From the NCBI GenBank assembly GCA_963745075.1, contig CAVUWV010000012.1:64001-128000 (forward strand): a DNA stretch of 64,000 nucleotides, read 5' to 3'. This document shows, piece after piece, positions 50,001 through 59,479 of this stretch. Numbering within the stretch: the stretch's first letter is position 1; the number at the start of each line of letters is the position of its first letter. The translations under genes were made by a program, and so were the position numbers. Under the pieces are notes generated by a model. That model was not told the origin of the DNA, made no database searches, and saw only the letters and a program-made list of their open reading frames with translations. The stretch is from Candidatus Hydrogenedentota bacterium. GTDB lineage: Bacteria > Hydrogenedentota > Hydrogenedentia > Hydrogenedentales > SLHB01.

Positions 50001-50133
50001 ATACGAGTTGACGTACCGCGTCACGGACGCATCGGGGAACTCGACCGTTCAAAGCGTGATTGTCGACGTACCACACGATGCGTCGGGCCACGTGTGCGAT
50101 AACCCGGACTGCGATCTGAATAACAGCAACTAA
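47020..50133 (+). CDS. Large secreted protein: two tandem PQQ-like (BamB-type) beta-propellers, a PKD/Ig domain and an HYR-like C-terminal domain
   Basis: GAGGAG RBS; signal peptide; duplicated halves (PMFGHDAQHT / PMLGKDAQHS; SYTEKWSFD twice); PIADAGSDQ..LDGSASSDPD; LFPPNHKM..LRSERRGNGDGRIY. Confidence 0.85.
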   Translation: MRSRLYGYVAVAAVACFVGYALCDSAYGDPYPMFGHDAQHTNYVPVPAPLVEPDVLWTATTGASDLVGGIAMSPVVDDAGNTFAAFFHTGNDVEYMVAIDRFGVETWRAGISAPGANLSSPLLVSGDLTWFIQQGWLVSLNQETGAVNWAVYLGGRSISSPVVDSAGNIYVGGRQDGGFYKVDSATGAVIWEYVVTGGASSSPALSLDEGTVYIGRNPNSTSPGLHAIDAATGALKWIFNPPGTDLGWTSPMVGADGTIYQQEDFTGILHALQDDGTSYTEKWSFDPLNYSEPPRIAATDGNTIYVICNTPEHTVVALNPDGTEQWRTLLGANTTWVSAPLVTDEAVYIVREGMGDIACLNKSDGSFVWQKQVATTNSWLLAAIGIDGMLHVTASEPLADPTQPGVIALRQTYPGLADSAWPMLGKDAQHSGNTDRLGPLSEPWVKWEAHPGIPYAYCWSQPVLDEDGNLYVTVGQASPVAVADRGEFLFSYDSDGVERWQNGPLPTRGPGLSIPAVSAYSNIIAGLRYGAVAAFERTGGLLLGSVWVGENMISSPAIAQDGYLYVGGRKADNGFYKVSPVDGSIVWKHALDTGTAASPALSLDQSTVYAAGNEPGDINTLHAIDAWDGTVKWTFTLTGSGGFGWASPVVGPDGTIYQEDSDAGVMHALVDNGASYTEKWSFDTARPGDSPRAQAVDDDTVYIATVGPDALVYALDFNGVVKWNTMFPGVGLIGVPVVTDEAVYVILEDGLGGRVVGLNADTGAVLWDKQVGSSDASASELTLGDNGVLYCAMYGTDTHPDETTVFALAPNNPPIADAGSDQTLEATSADGASVDLDGSASSDPDSAQGDSLTFEWLEGGDVIATGETAQVTLPLGTHAVVLRVTDSRGATDEDTVEITVQDTTAPTLSLSASPHCLFPPNHKMADIAIAATIDDDGDSAPVLTLLSVTNNEGDDMVDGGDGNTTHDIQNVELGTADVAVSLRSERRGNGDGRIYELTYRVTDASGNSTVQSVIVDVPHDASGHVCDNPDCDLNNSN

Positions 50134-50144
50134 CGAGCAGTCGT

Positions 50145-50189
50145 AGTGGACCCCGCCCCTGGAACCATGGTTTCGGGGGCGGGCCCACT
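50145..50189 (+). terminator. Strong GC-rich hairpin after the beta-propeller gene
   Basis: AGTGGACCCCGCCCCTGGAACCA/TGGTTTCGGGGGCGGGCCCACT, 12 nt after the stop; no long U tract. Confidence 0.5.
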
Positions 50190-50628
50190 TCGATACCCAG
50201 TGGCACGTTCGCATGCCGACCGGGCTTCACGTGAACCGAAAGCGCCACTAGCGATGACCGGAAGGCTCGACAGAACGAAAAGGGATACGTTGTGAAGCAC
50301 TTGACAAGGAAACTGACACGCTGGTGGTTGCAGGTGCGAAGCCAGAATCTTTGGAACCAGCGTCGTGACACGCCGCAACTCGCAAGCGTCAACTGCGGTA
50401 CGACAACCGATAGGCGAAATCCCGAAGCGCCTCCGTCCGAGGCTTCGGTACATTCGAACCCGGTGATTCTCGCCGCGCTACGGGCCACGGTGTCGGCACG
50501 AGAAGCGGCGATTCGTCTCCATGCAGATTTGCCCACCGAGGAGTAAGCGTAATCTCCGATTGCACGTTGACCCGACGCCGTAGGCCGTCGTCGAACCCGC
50601 CCGTGCTTCGCGTCACCCCGATGTCGAG

Positions 50629-50865
50629 TTACCCGTATGCTCGCTGGACTACAAAAAAGAGGACCACGAGAGCCACGCCCAGCAACGTCGAGAGCCACGC
50701 GCTGTAAACGATGCACGGTACGATCGTCAGCGCGATACCGAACGCCAGGGGGACCGGTTCCCGCTGTTTCCATCCGTAGAGGGCCATCGCCGATCCCGCG
50801 CAGGTTTCGATCAATGCAACAAACATCCAGCTTCCGGTCATCTCGCCAAACATAAGGCCTCTCAC
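50629..50865 (-). CDS. Small membrane protein (about 74-78 aa)
   Basis: Two to three hydrophobic segments and a YGWKQ..P...GIAL...P pattern. Confidence 0.6.
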   Translation of the reverse strand: MRGLMFGEMTGSWMFVALIETCAGSAMALYGWKQREPVPLAFGIALTIVPCIVYSAWLSTLLGVALVVLFFVVQRAYG

Positions 50866-51193
50866 TCGTCACCACTTGATGAAGGTGCTCAGATAGAGCA
50901 TCCTGGGGTGCCGTCACCAGAGACGTCAGCGTATCAAATCGAGGCGCAATGTAACGAATTCAATAGCAAAGCCACTCGTGGGGCTCTTGATGGACTGCTT
51001 TGCTTCACGGGCTCTTTGAGCGGAAGCCATTTGGGCCGGCGGGTCCTGCGATTCCTCCGCTCCGTACCGCGTTCACGTCTGTGAAATTCGTGAGTTGGGG
51101 ATCGATCGAAGCCGGATTGAAAACGCCGACCGAAACCGCACATCATTGCCGGCAGGTCCGGTGCGGAACGTAGATTAGGAGTGAGTATACGTC

Positions 51194-52972
51194 ATGTTGC
51201 GTTATCTCGGGGCTTGTTGCTTTTTCCTTTGCTTCGTCGCGAATGCGGCGCCGCGTACTTCAGAAGGTCAGAACGCCGTGAAACATACGGACCCGGAACT
51301 CCGGCTCTACACCTACGAATTGCCCAAACCGGGTATCCCGGAAGCCTACGACGAGGCCATGGCTGTGGCCTGCCTGCAAGGCATCATCAACCGGGAAAGT
51401 CCCCGACTGTATGTACTCTCTCCAGCCAACGACCGGCCTCGCTATTGGCTGGATGTGCTTTGCCAGGACCACCGGTGGCTCGCCGGACGAACGCGCGCAG
51501 AACTCTCCGGTTTGGACGCGCTTATCGAACTGGCCGGTGAGCGCGCAAAAGGCATTATCATTTGGGATCCGGACGTTCCCGCGACGATCAACGTTGCCAC
51601 GACGATTGCCGGTATACGCGACGGGATCGTTGTAAGTCCGGAACTGGCGGAGAAGACTTCTTCCAAATGGAATCTTCCCGTGCTGGAAGATTTGCGAGGA
51701 CGCTTCGACGGCACCGAGACGGGCAGCAAGAAGAACGATGCGTACCGCTGGGCTATTCGCGAGTATTTGCAGAAGGGTTTATGCTCCTCCCATTTTCTTT
51801 GCCTGTTCGAAGACGCATTTTCGACGAGACCGGCCGGTAACATCGGATATGTCGTTACCCGTGACTGGGCAATCATGAACCGCGCTTTCGTTTTTGATTT
51901 ATCCCCCTGGGGCGACGAGACGCCGAAAGACGATCCGGACCAACCGCTTGGCACAGACCTTGATACCTATCGCATGATCTTGTCCGAAATTCTGAACCAA
52001 TCAGCGGGCAAACACATGACGGAGATGACGGGCTTCTTTGCCTTCTGGAAATACAGCAATGTCGCCGGATACCCGAGCGCCCACGAGCCGGTTCCCACGG
52101 AATGGGAAACCGTCTACCTCATCTCCCCGTACAACTGCTATCAAAACACGATTTCCAGCGACTGTTACAACCAGTCCTTTCACAGTCAGGCGCCGTTCAA
52201 GCGCTTGAAGCAGGAGCGTCCCAAGCGCTTGGAATCGGTAGAAGACAAAGCATATTTGTGTTTTCTGATGGCGGATTACGATTCCGCGACGCCGCTGTAC
52301 GATTTTCTTCCCAAGCATTGGGACGATCCCAGTCGCGGCAAGATACCGCTGGCTTGGGGCATCAACCCGAATCTTATCGAGACCTACCCGGACCTCATCT
52401 CGTACTTCTACTCCACGGCGACCGGCAACGACTTCTTCACCAGCGACGCGAGTGCGGCGGGGTATTTCAATCCCAATCGCGTGAAGCCGGAGTATCTGCC
52501 GCTGATGGTGAAACACAACAAGAGGTTCTTCGACGCGACCGGGATGAGTATTGCACCCATGGTTCTCGATTGGGACGCGCCCACTCCGGCAGTGAAGGAT
52601 GCGTTCACCGAGTTCGCGCCGGATGGCTACGGCACGATCGTCATAGACTTTCACAATAGGGGCGGATCGCTGCCCAAGCCGCAGGTTTGGAAGGGAATGC
52701 CCGTCGTCGAACTCATCAACGACACGTGCAATTTCGTAAATCCAAAACAGACTTCCGATGCGATGTACTCCGCAATCAAGAAACGCGGCGATTCCATTCC
52801 GGGGTTTTACTTCTTCCGCATCGTGTGGGTTTCCCCGACGGCTGTCATTGATTCACTCGCGACCTTCCGTGACGAGCACCCCGAGGCGGATATCGAGGTC
52901 GTCGATCCCTACAGCTTCTTCGACTTGTTCACGCAATACCAGCGGCAGGCTGCACCGCAAGAGTCGCGCTGA
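51194..52972 (+). CDS. GxGYxYP-domain putative glycoside hydrolase
   Basis: Signal peptide; ACLQGIINR.SPRLY, IIWDPDVPATINVATTIAG, F.MADYDS and RGKIPLAWGINP motifs. Confidence 0.75.
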   Translation: MLRYLGACCFFLCFVANAAPRTSEGQNAVKHTDPELRLYTYELPKPGIPEAYDEAMAVACLQGIINRESPRLYVLSPANDRPRYWLDVLCQDHRWLAGRTRAELSGLDALIELAGERAKGIIIWDPDVPATINVATTIAGIRDGIVVSPELAEKTSSKWNLPVLEDLRGRFDGTETGSKKNDAYRWAIREYLQKGLCSSHFLCLFEDAFSTRPAGNIGYVVTRDWAIMNRAFVFDLSPWGDETPKDDPDQPLGTDLDTYRMILSEILNQSAGKHMTEMTGFFAFWKYSNVAGYPSAHEPVPTEWETVYLISPYNCYQNTISSDCYNQSFHSQAPFKRLKQERPKRLESVEDKAYLCFLMADYDSATPLYDFLPKHWDDPSRGKIPLAWGINPNLIETYPDLISYFYSTATGNDFFTSDASAAGYFNPNRVKPEYLPLMVKHNKRFFDATGMSIAPMVLDWDAPTPAVKDAFTEFAPDGYGTIVIDFHNRGGSLPKPQVWKGMPVVELINDTCNFVNPKQTSDAMYSAIKKRGDSIPGFYFFRIVWVSPTAVIDSLATFRDEHPEADIEVVDPYSFFDLFTQYQRQAAPQESR

Positions 52973-52996
52973 GAAATGCTTCCGGTTTAATGCGAA

Positions 52997-54289
52997 TCAA
53001 GCCGATTCCTCTGCGATATGATCCGCTCGCCCTGCGACGTCCGCCAACGTTTGCAATACCACGTCCGTGGCTTCCGGGACGGGGTCACCCAATTGAGGAA
53101 GGAACAGCGTATTCTCTTCGGCTTCCTCCGCCTTTGGAAAGTCGCCGGGCTTATACCCGAGGTATCCCTCCGAGTCGCACAACGGCCCGCGGTTTCGGGT
53201 AAACACGTCAAAGCCCTTTGCAAACAGGGGCAAATTGTGCAGGTTGGGATAGGGCGCGATGCTCACTCTAAGCCCCATGGCGTTGAGGGCCTGGCAAAAG
53301 GCTTCACACGTGAGCCCGTGAAGTTCCGCTGGTTTGAATCGGACGGGAAAACCGTAGTAGCCCCCGCGTTCAGCTCCGTCGTAGACCTTCACCGGTCGCA
53401 GTCCGGGGATCTCCGCCAAACCTGCTTCCACGGCCGATACATACGCGGCCCGGCGGGCATTCAGCGCCGCAAGCTTTCCGAGCTGCACGTTGGCGATGCC
53501 GATACCCAGGGGATGAGCCCGGAATTTCATGCCGAGACCCAGCGGCTGATGCTCTTCATATTTCGCGCCCACCAGATCGATGCCCGCAATGCGATTGACC
53601 TGGCCTACCAGGCAGGCCCGTTCGAATACGTCCGTATCGTTCGTGGCGAGCACGCCGCCTTCGCCCGCGCTGACGGGTTTGGACCCCTGCAAACTCCAGC
53701 AAGCGACCGCGCCCAGCGAACCGCACATGGTCCCCTTGTATGTGGCGCCGTGCGCGTGGGAGCAGTCTTCCAACACGGGAATGTTGTGTTCCTTGCCAAT
53801 CGCGAGAATGGCATCCAGGTCGCACACGTTGCCCCAAAGATGGACTGCACAAATGCAGGCGGTCTTCTTTGTGATTTTCGCGCGCACGTCGACAGGGTCG
53901 AGTTGCAGCGTCTCGGGATCAATATCGCAGAAGACGGGTTTGGCGCCCAACAGGATGGCCGGCGCAATACTGCAAATCCACGTGTTCACGGGACAGATCA
54001 CTTCGTCGCCGGGGCCTACTCCCAAGCCGAAATAGGCGCTGTAGAGTGCCGACGTGCCGTTTACCGTCGTGATGGCGTACCGGGTGCCGACCCACTCCCG
54101 CCATTGTTGTTCGAATTCACGCACGACCGGTGTTCCGCCGGAGAGTTCGTTGCGCCGTGTCATTTCCGAAACGATGGAGACCTCCTCATCGCCGATTTGC
54201 TGCCATCGGTCCAGCTCGGGCAACACGGCCGCTCCCGTTTGAACGAAGGTTCGGGATGGCACGAATGGATCGAGGTTCTTACTTGTCAT
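52997..54289 (-). CDS. DegT/DnrJ/EryC1/StrS PLP-dependent aminotransferase
   Basis: NGTSALY, GVGPGDEVI, VHLWG, EDCSHAHGA and SLQGSKPVSAGEGG motifs. Confidence 0.92.
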   Translation of the reverse strand: MTSKNLDPFVPSRTFVQTGAAVLPELDRWQQIGDEEVSIVSEMTRRNELSGGTPVVREFEQQWREWVGTRYAITTVNGTSALYSAYFGLGVGPGDEVICPVNTWICSIAPAILLGAKPVFCDIDPETLQLDPVDVRAKITKKTACICAVHLWGNVCDLDAILAIGKEHNIPVLEDCSHAHGATYKGTMCGSLGAVACWSLQGSKPVSAGEGGVLATNDTDVFERACLVGQVNRIAGIDLVGAKYEEHQPLGLGMKFRAHPLGIGIANVQLGKLAALNARRAAYVSAVEAGLAEIPGLRPVKVYDGAERGGYYGFPVRFKPAELHGLTCEAFCQALNAMGLRVSIAPYPNLHNLPLFAKGFDVFTRNRGPLCDSEGYLGYKPGDFPKAEEAEENTLFLPQLGDPVPEATDVVLQTLADVAGRADHIAEESA

Positions 54290-54557
54290 AATCAAATCCC
54301 CTTACCCGTATCTTTGTCGCGGGACTTCCCGTTTCCATGCAAATGCCTCCAAAGAACCGTCCGATTCTCTTTGCGAGGCGAAGCCTATCAAGGACGCGCG
54401 TTCCTGATCCGCTGCCAGACTTGTACGAGGCTGTGGCAACGAGATATCGTCACGTAACCGTAATCTACCGCCAGGAAGGCAAGGAGCGCAACCGGTCCGA
54501 GTCGACCGGAATCTCGCGCTTCGGCCAAGTGCTTGGATTGCGATTGGGGAGCCGGCC

Positions 54558-55838
54558 ATGTCCGAACCGCAAAAGGGAAATCCTCTAAGGCGAATTCTTG
54601 GCGTCCTTGGGCCCGGTCTTTTTCTAATCGGATACAACATCGGCACCGGCAGCGTGACCACGATGGCCTCCGCCGGATCCCGTTGGGGCATGTCGCTCGC
54701 ATGGACGGTCCTTCTCTCGTGCATCTTCACGTACATCGGCCTGTTGGCCTTCAGCCACTACACCCTGGTGACCGGAGACACCATCCTGTACGCGATTCGG
54801 CGGCGGTTCCCTTGGGGTCAGGGTATAGCCTTGTTTTTTTTGGTGGCCGTCACCCTCGCGGAATTCGCCGGCATAACGGGACTGATGGCCATCATCGTGG
54901 ACCTTCTGCTCGAATGGATAAAGTTCGCAACCGGGTTCGATAACGGCGTCATTAAGCTGGTCGTGACCCTCGCGCTGTCCGGAATGCTGTTCGGGGTCCT
55001 CTGGCGCGGGTCCTACGCCTTTCTGGAAACGCTCTTGACCGTATTGGTCGCGTTGATGGGGCTTTCCTTCGTTGCGACTGCCGTTCTTCTTGTTCCCTCG
55101 TGGCGCGCAATCCTCGCCGGGATGGTCCCCCGGATCCCGCACGAACCCGACGCAGCGCTATTGGTGGCCGGGATGGCGGGTACGACGTTCAGTTCGGCGA
55201 TTCTCTATTGCCGCAGCATCACCTTAAAGCACAAAGGATGGAGTCTCGCTCAAGGGAAGCAGGCACACGTTGACACGATAGTCTCCGTATCGGCCATGTT
55301 CGTGTTAAGCATTGCCGTGATGATATGCGCGGCCGGCACGCTCTTTGTCGCCCATCGTCCCGTCGAAGCCGCGGTGGACATGGTGCAGACCCTCGAACCC
55401 TTGGCGGGAAGATTCGCCATCACGCTCTTTGTGGCGGGCATTATTGGTGCGGGGCTCTCGAGCCTCATACCGACGATTCTCATCGGACCTTGGCTGATTG
55501 CGGACTACACCAATCGTCCCATCGATCCCAAGGCTACGTCCAGCCGCATCCTGGTCATCGTCGCCATACTGATCGCGGTTGGCGCTCCCTACTTCCCCCC
55601 GTCCATTGCCAAGCCGGTATTTCTTATGATCCTAACCATGGCGCTGCTTGCCGTCATTCTGCCCTTCTCGACCATCGCCATTACCGTTCTTCTCAATCAA
55701 AAGGCGCACATGAAGGAACATACGAGTGGCCCCCTCATGAACGCCGCGTGCATTTCCGCGATTGTATTCTCGTTCATCATGTCGTACTTCGCGGTGGTCG
55801 GGCTTTGGGAGTACGTCCAGGACAAAGTGCTTGCGTAA
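54558..55838 (+). CDS. NRAMP-superfamily (YcsG-like) transporter
   Basis: About 11 TM segments; GPGLF....IGTGSVTT; lacks the canonical DPGN metal-binding motif. Confidence 0.8.
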   Translation: MSEPQKGNPLRRILGVLGPGLFLIGYNIGTGSVTTMASAGSRWGMSLAWTVLLSCIFTYIGLLAFSHYTLVTGDTILYAIRRRFPWGQGIALFFLVAVTLAEFAGITGLMAIIVDLLLEWIKFATGFDNGVIKLVVTLALSGMLFGVLWRGSYAFLETLLTVLVALMGLSFVATAVLLVPSWRAILAGMVPRIPHEPDAALLVAGMAGTTFSSAILYCRSITLKHKGWSLAQGKQAHVDTIVSVSAMFVLSIAVMICAAGTLFVAHRPVEAAVDMVQTLEPLAGRFAITLFVAGIIGAGLSSLIPTILIGPWLIADYTNRPIDPKATSSRILVIVAILIAVGAPYFPPSIAKPVFLMILTMALLAVILPFSTIAITVLLNQKAHMKEHTSGPLMNAACISAIVFSFIMSYFAVVGLWEYVQDKVLA

Positions 55839-55858
55839 CCAGGCAAGGACCAGCGGGC

Positions 55859-57307
55859 TTATTGGGGCGCCTTTCGCGACTCGAGAAATGCAACCACATT
55901 GCTCAGTTCTTCGGGGGTGATGTTGTTGGCGTAGGCCGGCATGTTATAGCCGCCATTGAGAATCCGGATCGTCAATTGGTCGGCCGTGCGATCGTCCCCA
56001 ATGGTGCTGAGGTCGGGACCGCGCTTGCCCCCGTGGCCGGCAATCGTGTGGCAGTAGAGGCACCCCTTCGTATTGAACACTTGGGCCCCGTCGTATACCG
56101 GGCCTTCGGTGGCGCCGATCGCCCGATCGGGCAAGGCCACGGCGTCGAAATCGGGGGACCAGTGGGCCTGGACTCCCGCATGCCACAGCGCGGCGATGGT
56201 CGCGATGATAAAAACCACCGTGAGCATGGCCCAGGGACGGCGCCGGACACTGCGTTCGCCGCGGTTTGAAATGAACGGAGCCGACAGCAAGAGCAAGGCG
56301 CCCAACAGCGGCGCAAGAACGATTACGTAATTCTCGACAGCGTGAGGGAGCAATGCCAGGACGGCGAAGTACCAGAGAAGGTACCAGTCCGGCCGGGGTT
56401 GTGCGTGGACCAGGGCCTGGTCTGGCGGCTGCGAGAGTTTTGGCGCACCTACAAAATGGGCAAGGAGAATGACACCCGCGACAGCGGCGATGCCGAATAC
56501 CACGTCCCGCCACGCTGCGTCGGGCCAGAAAGGCACGCCTTTCCGTTTCAGAAGATCGTCGTACGCCTCACGATAGGTCGCGGGGTCGACCGGCACTCCC
56601 GCCTTGGGTCTCTCGGAGATGCCATTCTTGATGACCAGATAGAGGTGAAACGCCAGAAGCGCGATGAGCAGGCCGGGGAATACAAAGACGTGGATCGCAA
56701 AGAAATGACTCAACGTCGGTGTGCCGATCGTGTACCCGCCCATGACGACGCGGGCAAGCCACTGCCCGATAAGGGGCACCCGTGCGGCCTGTTCGGCACC
56801 TACGATAGCAGACCACACAGCGGTCTGATCCCAACGCAGGAGCTGACCGCTGAACCCCATGGCAACCGTTAGGCCCAGGAGCAGCACGCCGGTAAGCCAG
56901 TTGACCTCGCGCGGAAATTTATACGAACCCATCAGGAATACGCGAATCATGTGCATGCCCACGAACAAAATCATGGCGGAGGCGCCGAAGTAATGCATCC
57001 CACGAACCAGCGCGCCGAAGGTGGCCTCCTCACTGATGTATTTCAAGCTGTCGTACGCCTGGCCCGCAGACGGAACGTACACGGTCGCGAGGGCAATGCC
57101 CGTTACGATTTGAATGACAAAGGCGATTAAGGTTGCGCTTCCAAAAACGTACCACCACGACGTGTTTGGTGGTACTGGGTGCTTCAACAGGGGCCGAACG
57201 AGCGTGGCGATTCCCGTTCGGTCGTCAAACGTTTCCCAGACGCGACGTAGAAGCCCGGATTCCAACTTCGCCTTGTCCTTCGTTTTCACCGCTGGTTCCT
57301 TCCGCAT
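55859..57307 (-). CDS. qcrB: Cytochrome b of a bc complex, fused to a C-terminal cytochrome c
   Basis: RGMHYFGAS..GMHMIRVF, PREVNWLTG, heme histidines, Qo motif PDWY, and CLYCH..MP. Confidence 0.92.
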   Translation of the reverse strand: MRKEPAVKTKDKAKLESGLLRRVWETFDDRTGIATLVRPLLKHPVPPNTSWWYVFGSATLIAFVIQIVTGIALATVYVPSAGQAYDSLKYISEEATFGALVRGMHYFGASAMILFVGMHMIRVFLMGSYKFPREVNWLTGVLLLGLTVAMGFSGQLLRWDQTAVWSAIVGAEQAARVPLIGQWLARVVMGGYTIGTPTLSHFFAIHVFVFPGLLIALLAFHLYLVIKNGISERPKAGVPVDPATYREAYDDLLKRKGVPFWPDAAWRDVVFGIAAVAGVILLAHFVGAPKLSQPPDQALVHAQPRPDWYLLWYFAVLALLPHAVENYVIVLAPLLGALLLLSAPFISNRGERSVRRRPWAMLTVVFIIATIAALWHAGVQAHWSPDFDAVALPDRAIGATEGPVYDGAQVFNTKGCLYCHTIAGHGGKRGPDLSTIGDDRTADQLTIRILNGGYNMPAYANNITPEELSNVVAFLESRKAPQ

Positions 57308-57822
57308 CAGGCAATCGGCACCGGCGCAGTTTGAATTTCGACTTGACCGTCACGCACGCGTACCGCATAACGCGGGAGCGGCTTGGGTGGAGGGCCGCCG
57401 GCCACGTCCCCGTTTTCGTAATACACGCCGCCGTGACACGGACACATGAACATGTTGGCGCGCGGCTCCCAACGCACCGGACATCCGAGATGGGTGCAAT
57501 TCAATGCGAAAGCGTGAAACGTCTCGCCCTCCACGCGTCGCAGCCACGCGGCGGTTTGGTCAGCCACGCCCGCCCACGGCCGGGCTCCGGCGTTCGTAAA
57601 CGATACGAGTACCGTTTTGCCCACTTCGAATCCATCTACCTTACCGACCGGCCGCCACAATTCCAGCGGCTTGCGCAGCAGCGGTGCAAATACGAAACCG
57701 AACACCGGGATGCTCATTGCAACTCCGGCTGCTGCGGTGATTCCTCCACTGAACCATTCCAGGAAGCGCCGTCGTGTAGCCGTGTATTCCCCACAGTTCC
57801 TAGGGTCACTTTCATTCGTCAT
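57307..57822 (-). CDS. qcrA: Rieske iron-sulfur subunit
   Basis: Tat motif TRRRFL; CTHLGC and CPCHGG; GPPPKPL. Confidence 0.93.
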   Translation of the reverse strand: MTNESDPRNCGEYTATRRRFLEWFSGGITAAAGVAMSIPVFGFVFAPLLRKPLELWRPVGKVDGFEVGKTVLVSFTNAGARPWAGVADQTAAWLRRVEGETFHAFALNCTHLGCPVRWEPRANMFMCPCHGGVYYENGDVAGGPPPKPLPRYAVRVRDGQVEIQTAPVPIA

Positions 57823-58036
57823 GCCACATCTCCCAAATCCAGCCGCCGAGACCAGCCACGGTGATGGCGGCGCCGACACCCGTGTAGATCCACGAGGTCA
57901 CCACGCCCCAGACGGCAAACGTGATCCCAAAGGCCAGGATGACCGGCCATGGCGTCGGCCGGGGGATCACGGCCGGCTTCGGGCCGGCCGGATCGTGGCG
58001 GCTCTCATCGATATCTTGACGTTCTGCGTGTTGCAT
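57812..58036 (-). CDS. Small two-TM protein, cytochrome c oxidase subunit IV-like
   Basis: IPRPTPWP..LAFGI..GWIWE; located inside the cox/qcr operon with overlapping start and stop codons. Confidence 0.7.
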   Translation of the reverse strand: MQHAERQDIDESRHDPAGPKPAVIPRPTPWPVILAFGITFAVWGVVTSWIYTGVGAAITVAGLGGWIWEMWHDE

Positions 58037-58056
58037 CGCGTTCTCTTTCCGTGGTG

Positions 58057-58872
58057 TCAGGTTGCTGGCGTCGCGTTCGCCCGTTCGGTTTCGCGATCGG
58101 AGGTTTCAAACCATACCCAAAACAGGTACATGATAAATACGAGGAAGATAAACCCACCAAAAAACCACATGATGGCGCCACCGACCGACTGGTCCGCGAG
58201 GGGATCGAGGCCCCACGTGTTCCGGATGAGGGAGAGGGCGCCCAGTTCGTCCTCGGGATGCAGATAGCCCGTGTACAACACGGACCCGGCAAAGGTGATC
58301 ATGACGCTCAATACCGTGTTCGCCAAACCACCGAGTCCGACGTACGCAATACCCGGCAACGGGCTGAGACGCCGCCGGGCGGGGGGCGCCAGAACGGGCC
58401 ACCAGAACATGGTGCCGGTCACCAGGAACATGAGGTGCTCGATGATGTGAATGGTTTCGCTTTCGAGCGTCAAATTGTAGAGGTTGGGCACGTGCCAGAC
58501 CCACAGCGTGCCAATGCCCGCGAACCACGCCACCACGGGGTTGCCGAGGATCCGCTCGCTGGCCGCGACGAACCGAATGCCCATCATGCGGTCCACCAGT
58601 GCGGGGGAGAGACCCAGTACAAACAGCGGCGGCGCGATCATCTCCAGGAGAATATGCTGGAGCATGTGCGCACTGAAGAGGTAGTCGTCTCCAAGTTCGT
58701 CGAGCGGTGATACCAGCGCAATGAACATGACGAGCACGCCTGCCACGAAGGTAGCGCCATATCGGTCGATACGTCGCACTACCGCTGCATAACCTCCGGC
58801 CAACGCCAGGCAACCCACGATTACCGAGGGCGGCCATTCCCAGGACGATATAAAGAGTTGCCAGCCGGTCAT
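58057..58872 (-). CDS. ctaG: caa3 cytochrome c oxidase assembly factor CtaG
   Basis: SPLD..YLFSAHMLQH, WVWHVP.LY, EHLMFL and DQ..GG.IMW motifs. Confidence 0.9.
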   Translation of the reverse strand: MTGWQLFISSWEWPPSVIVGCLALAGGYAAVVRRIDRYGATFVAGVLVMFIALVSPLDELGDDYLFSAHMLQHILLEMIAPPLFVLGLSPALVDRMMGIRFVAASERILGNPVVAWFAGIGTLWVWHVPNLYNLTLESETIHIIEHLMFLVTGTMFWWPVLAPPARRRLSPLPGIAYVGLGGLANTVLSVMITFAGSVLYTGYLHPEDELGALSLIRNTWGLDPLADQSVGGAIMWFFGGFIFLVFIMYLFWVWFETSDRETERANATPAT

Positions 58873-59420
58873 ACCAGGGTCCACAGATACACCACGGAAA
58901 AGATGGCGACCCAAACGCCGTCCACGAAGTGCCAGTACAGTCCGATGGTTTCAAACGTATCCGGCGACGGTTTCTTGGCGCGACCTTTGACGATAAAGCC
59001 CAGCAGAATCGTTAGCATGATCAGGCCCGTCAGCACGTGAATTCCGTGAAATCCCGTCAAAGTGAAGAACGTGGTGCCGAACAGGTCGCGACTTATCGTA
59101 ATGTGATGGGTGACAAGCGCCAGGTATTCACGGGCCTGTCCCGCCAGGAACACGGCGCCCAGCAGGATAGTGGTGGCGAGCCACGCGCCGGCCGCACCGT
59201 AACGGCCCCGCCGCAACTGCACACCCGCCCGCCAAAACGTGGCGCTGCTGGAAAACAGGAATACGGAAAAGATACCCGTCGTGACAACATCGAGATTCTC
59301 CGCCGCCTCGGCGCCCACGTTGCCGTGCTGATGATAGAAGACATAGGTCAGTGTCAGCAGCACGAAAAACACCGACTCCGAAAGGATGAAAAGAATCATT
59401 CCCATTCTGTTCTCACTCAT
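58869..59420 (-). CDS. ctaE: Cytochrome c oxidase subunit III
   Basis: FILSESVFF, FFTLTGFHGIHV and YWHFVDGVW motifs. Confidence 0.93.
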   Translation of the reverse strand: MSENRMGMILFILSESVFFVLLTLTYVFYHQHGNVGAEAAENLDVVTTGIFSVFLFSSSATFWRAGVQLRRGRYGAAGAWLATTILLGAVFLAGQAREYLALVTHHITISRDLFGTTFFTLTGFHGIHVLTGLIMLTILLGFIVKGRAKKPSPDTFETIGLYWHFVDGVWVAIFSVVYLWTLV

Positions 59421-59479
59421 TGTGGAGGAATCCTTTCTTTGGCGCGCCGCTCATGATTGACGGTATCGCCACGGCGCGT

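Noticed and set aside
50201..50220. TGGCACGTTCGCATGC as a fourth sigma54 promoter
   Set aside because: The GG-to-GC spacing is 11 rather than the required 10.
50292..50546. 84-aa ORF (MKHLTRKLTRWW..) with a possible RBS
   Set aside because: No recognisable motif or other support; left uncalled, although it cannot be excluded.
53018..54457. 479-aa plus-strand ORF and similar long antisense ORFs elsewhere
   Set aside because: These are shadow ORFs opposite well-supported genes, as expected in GC-rich DNA.
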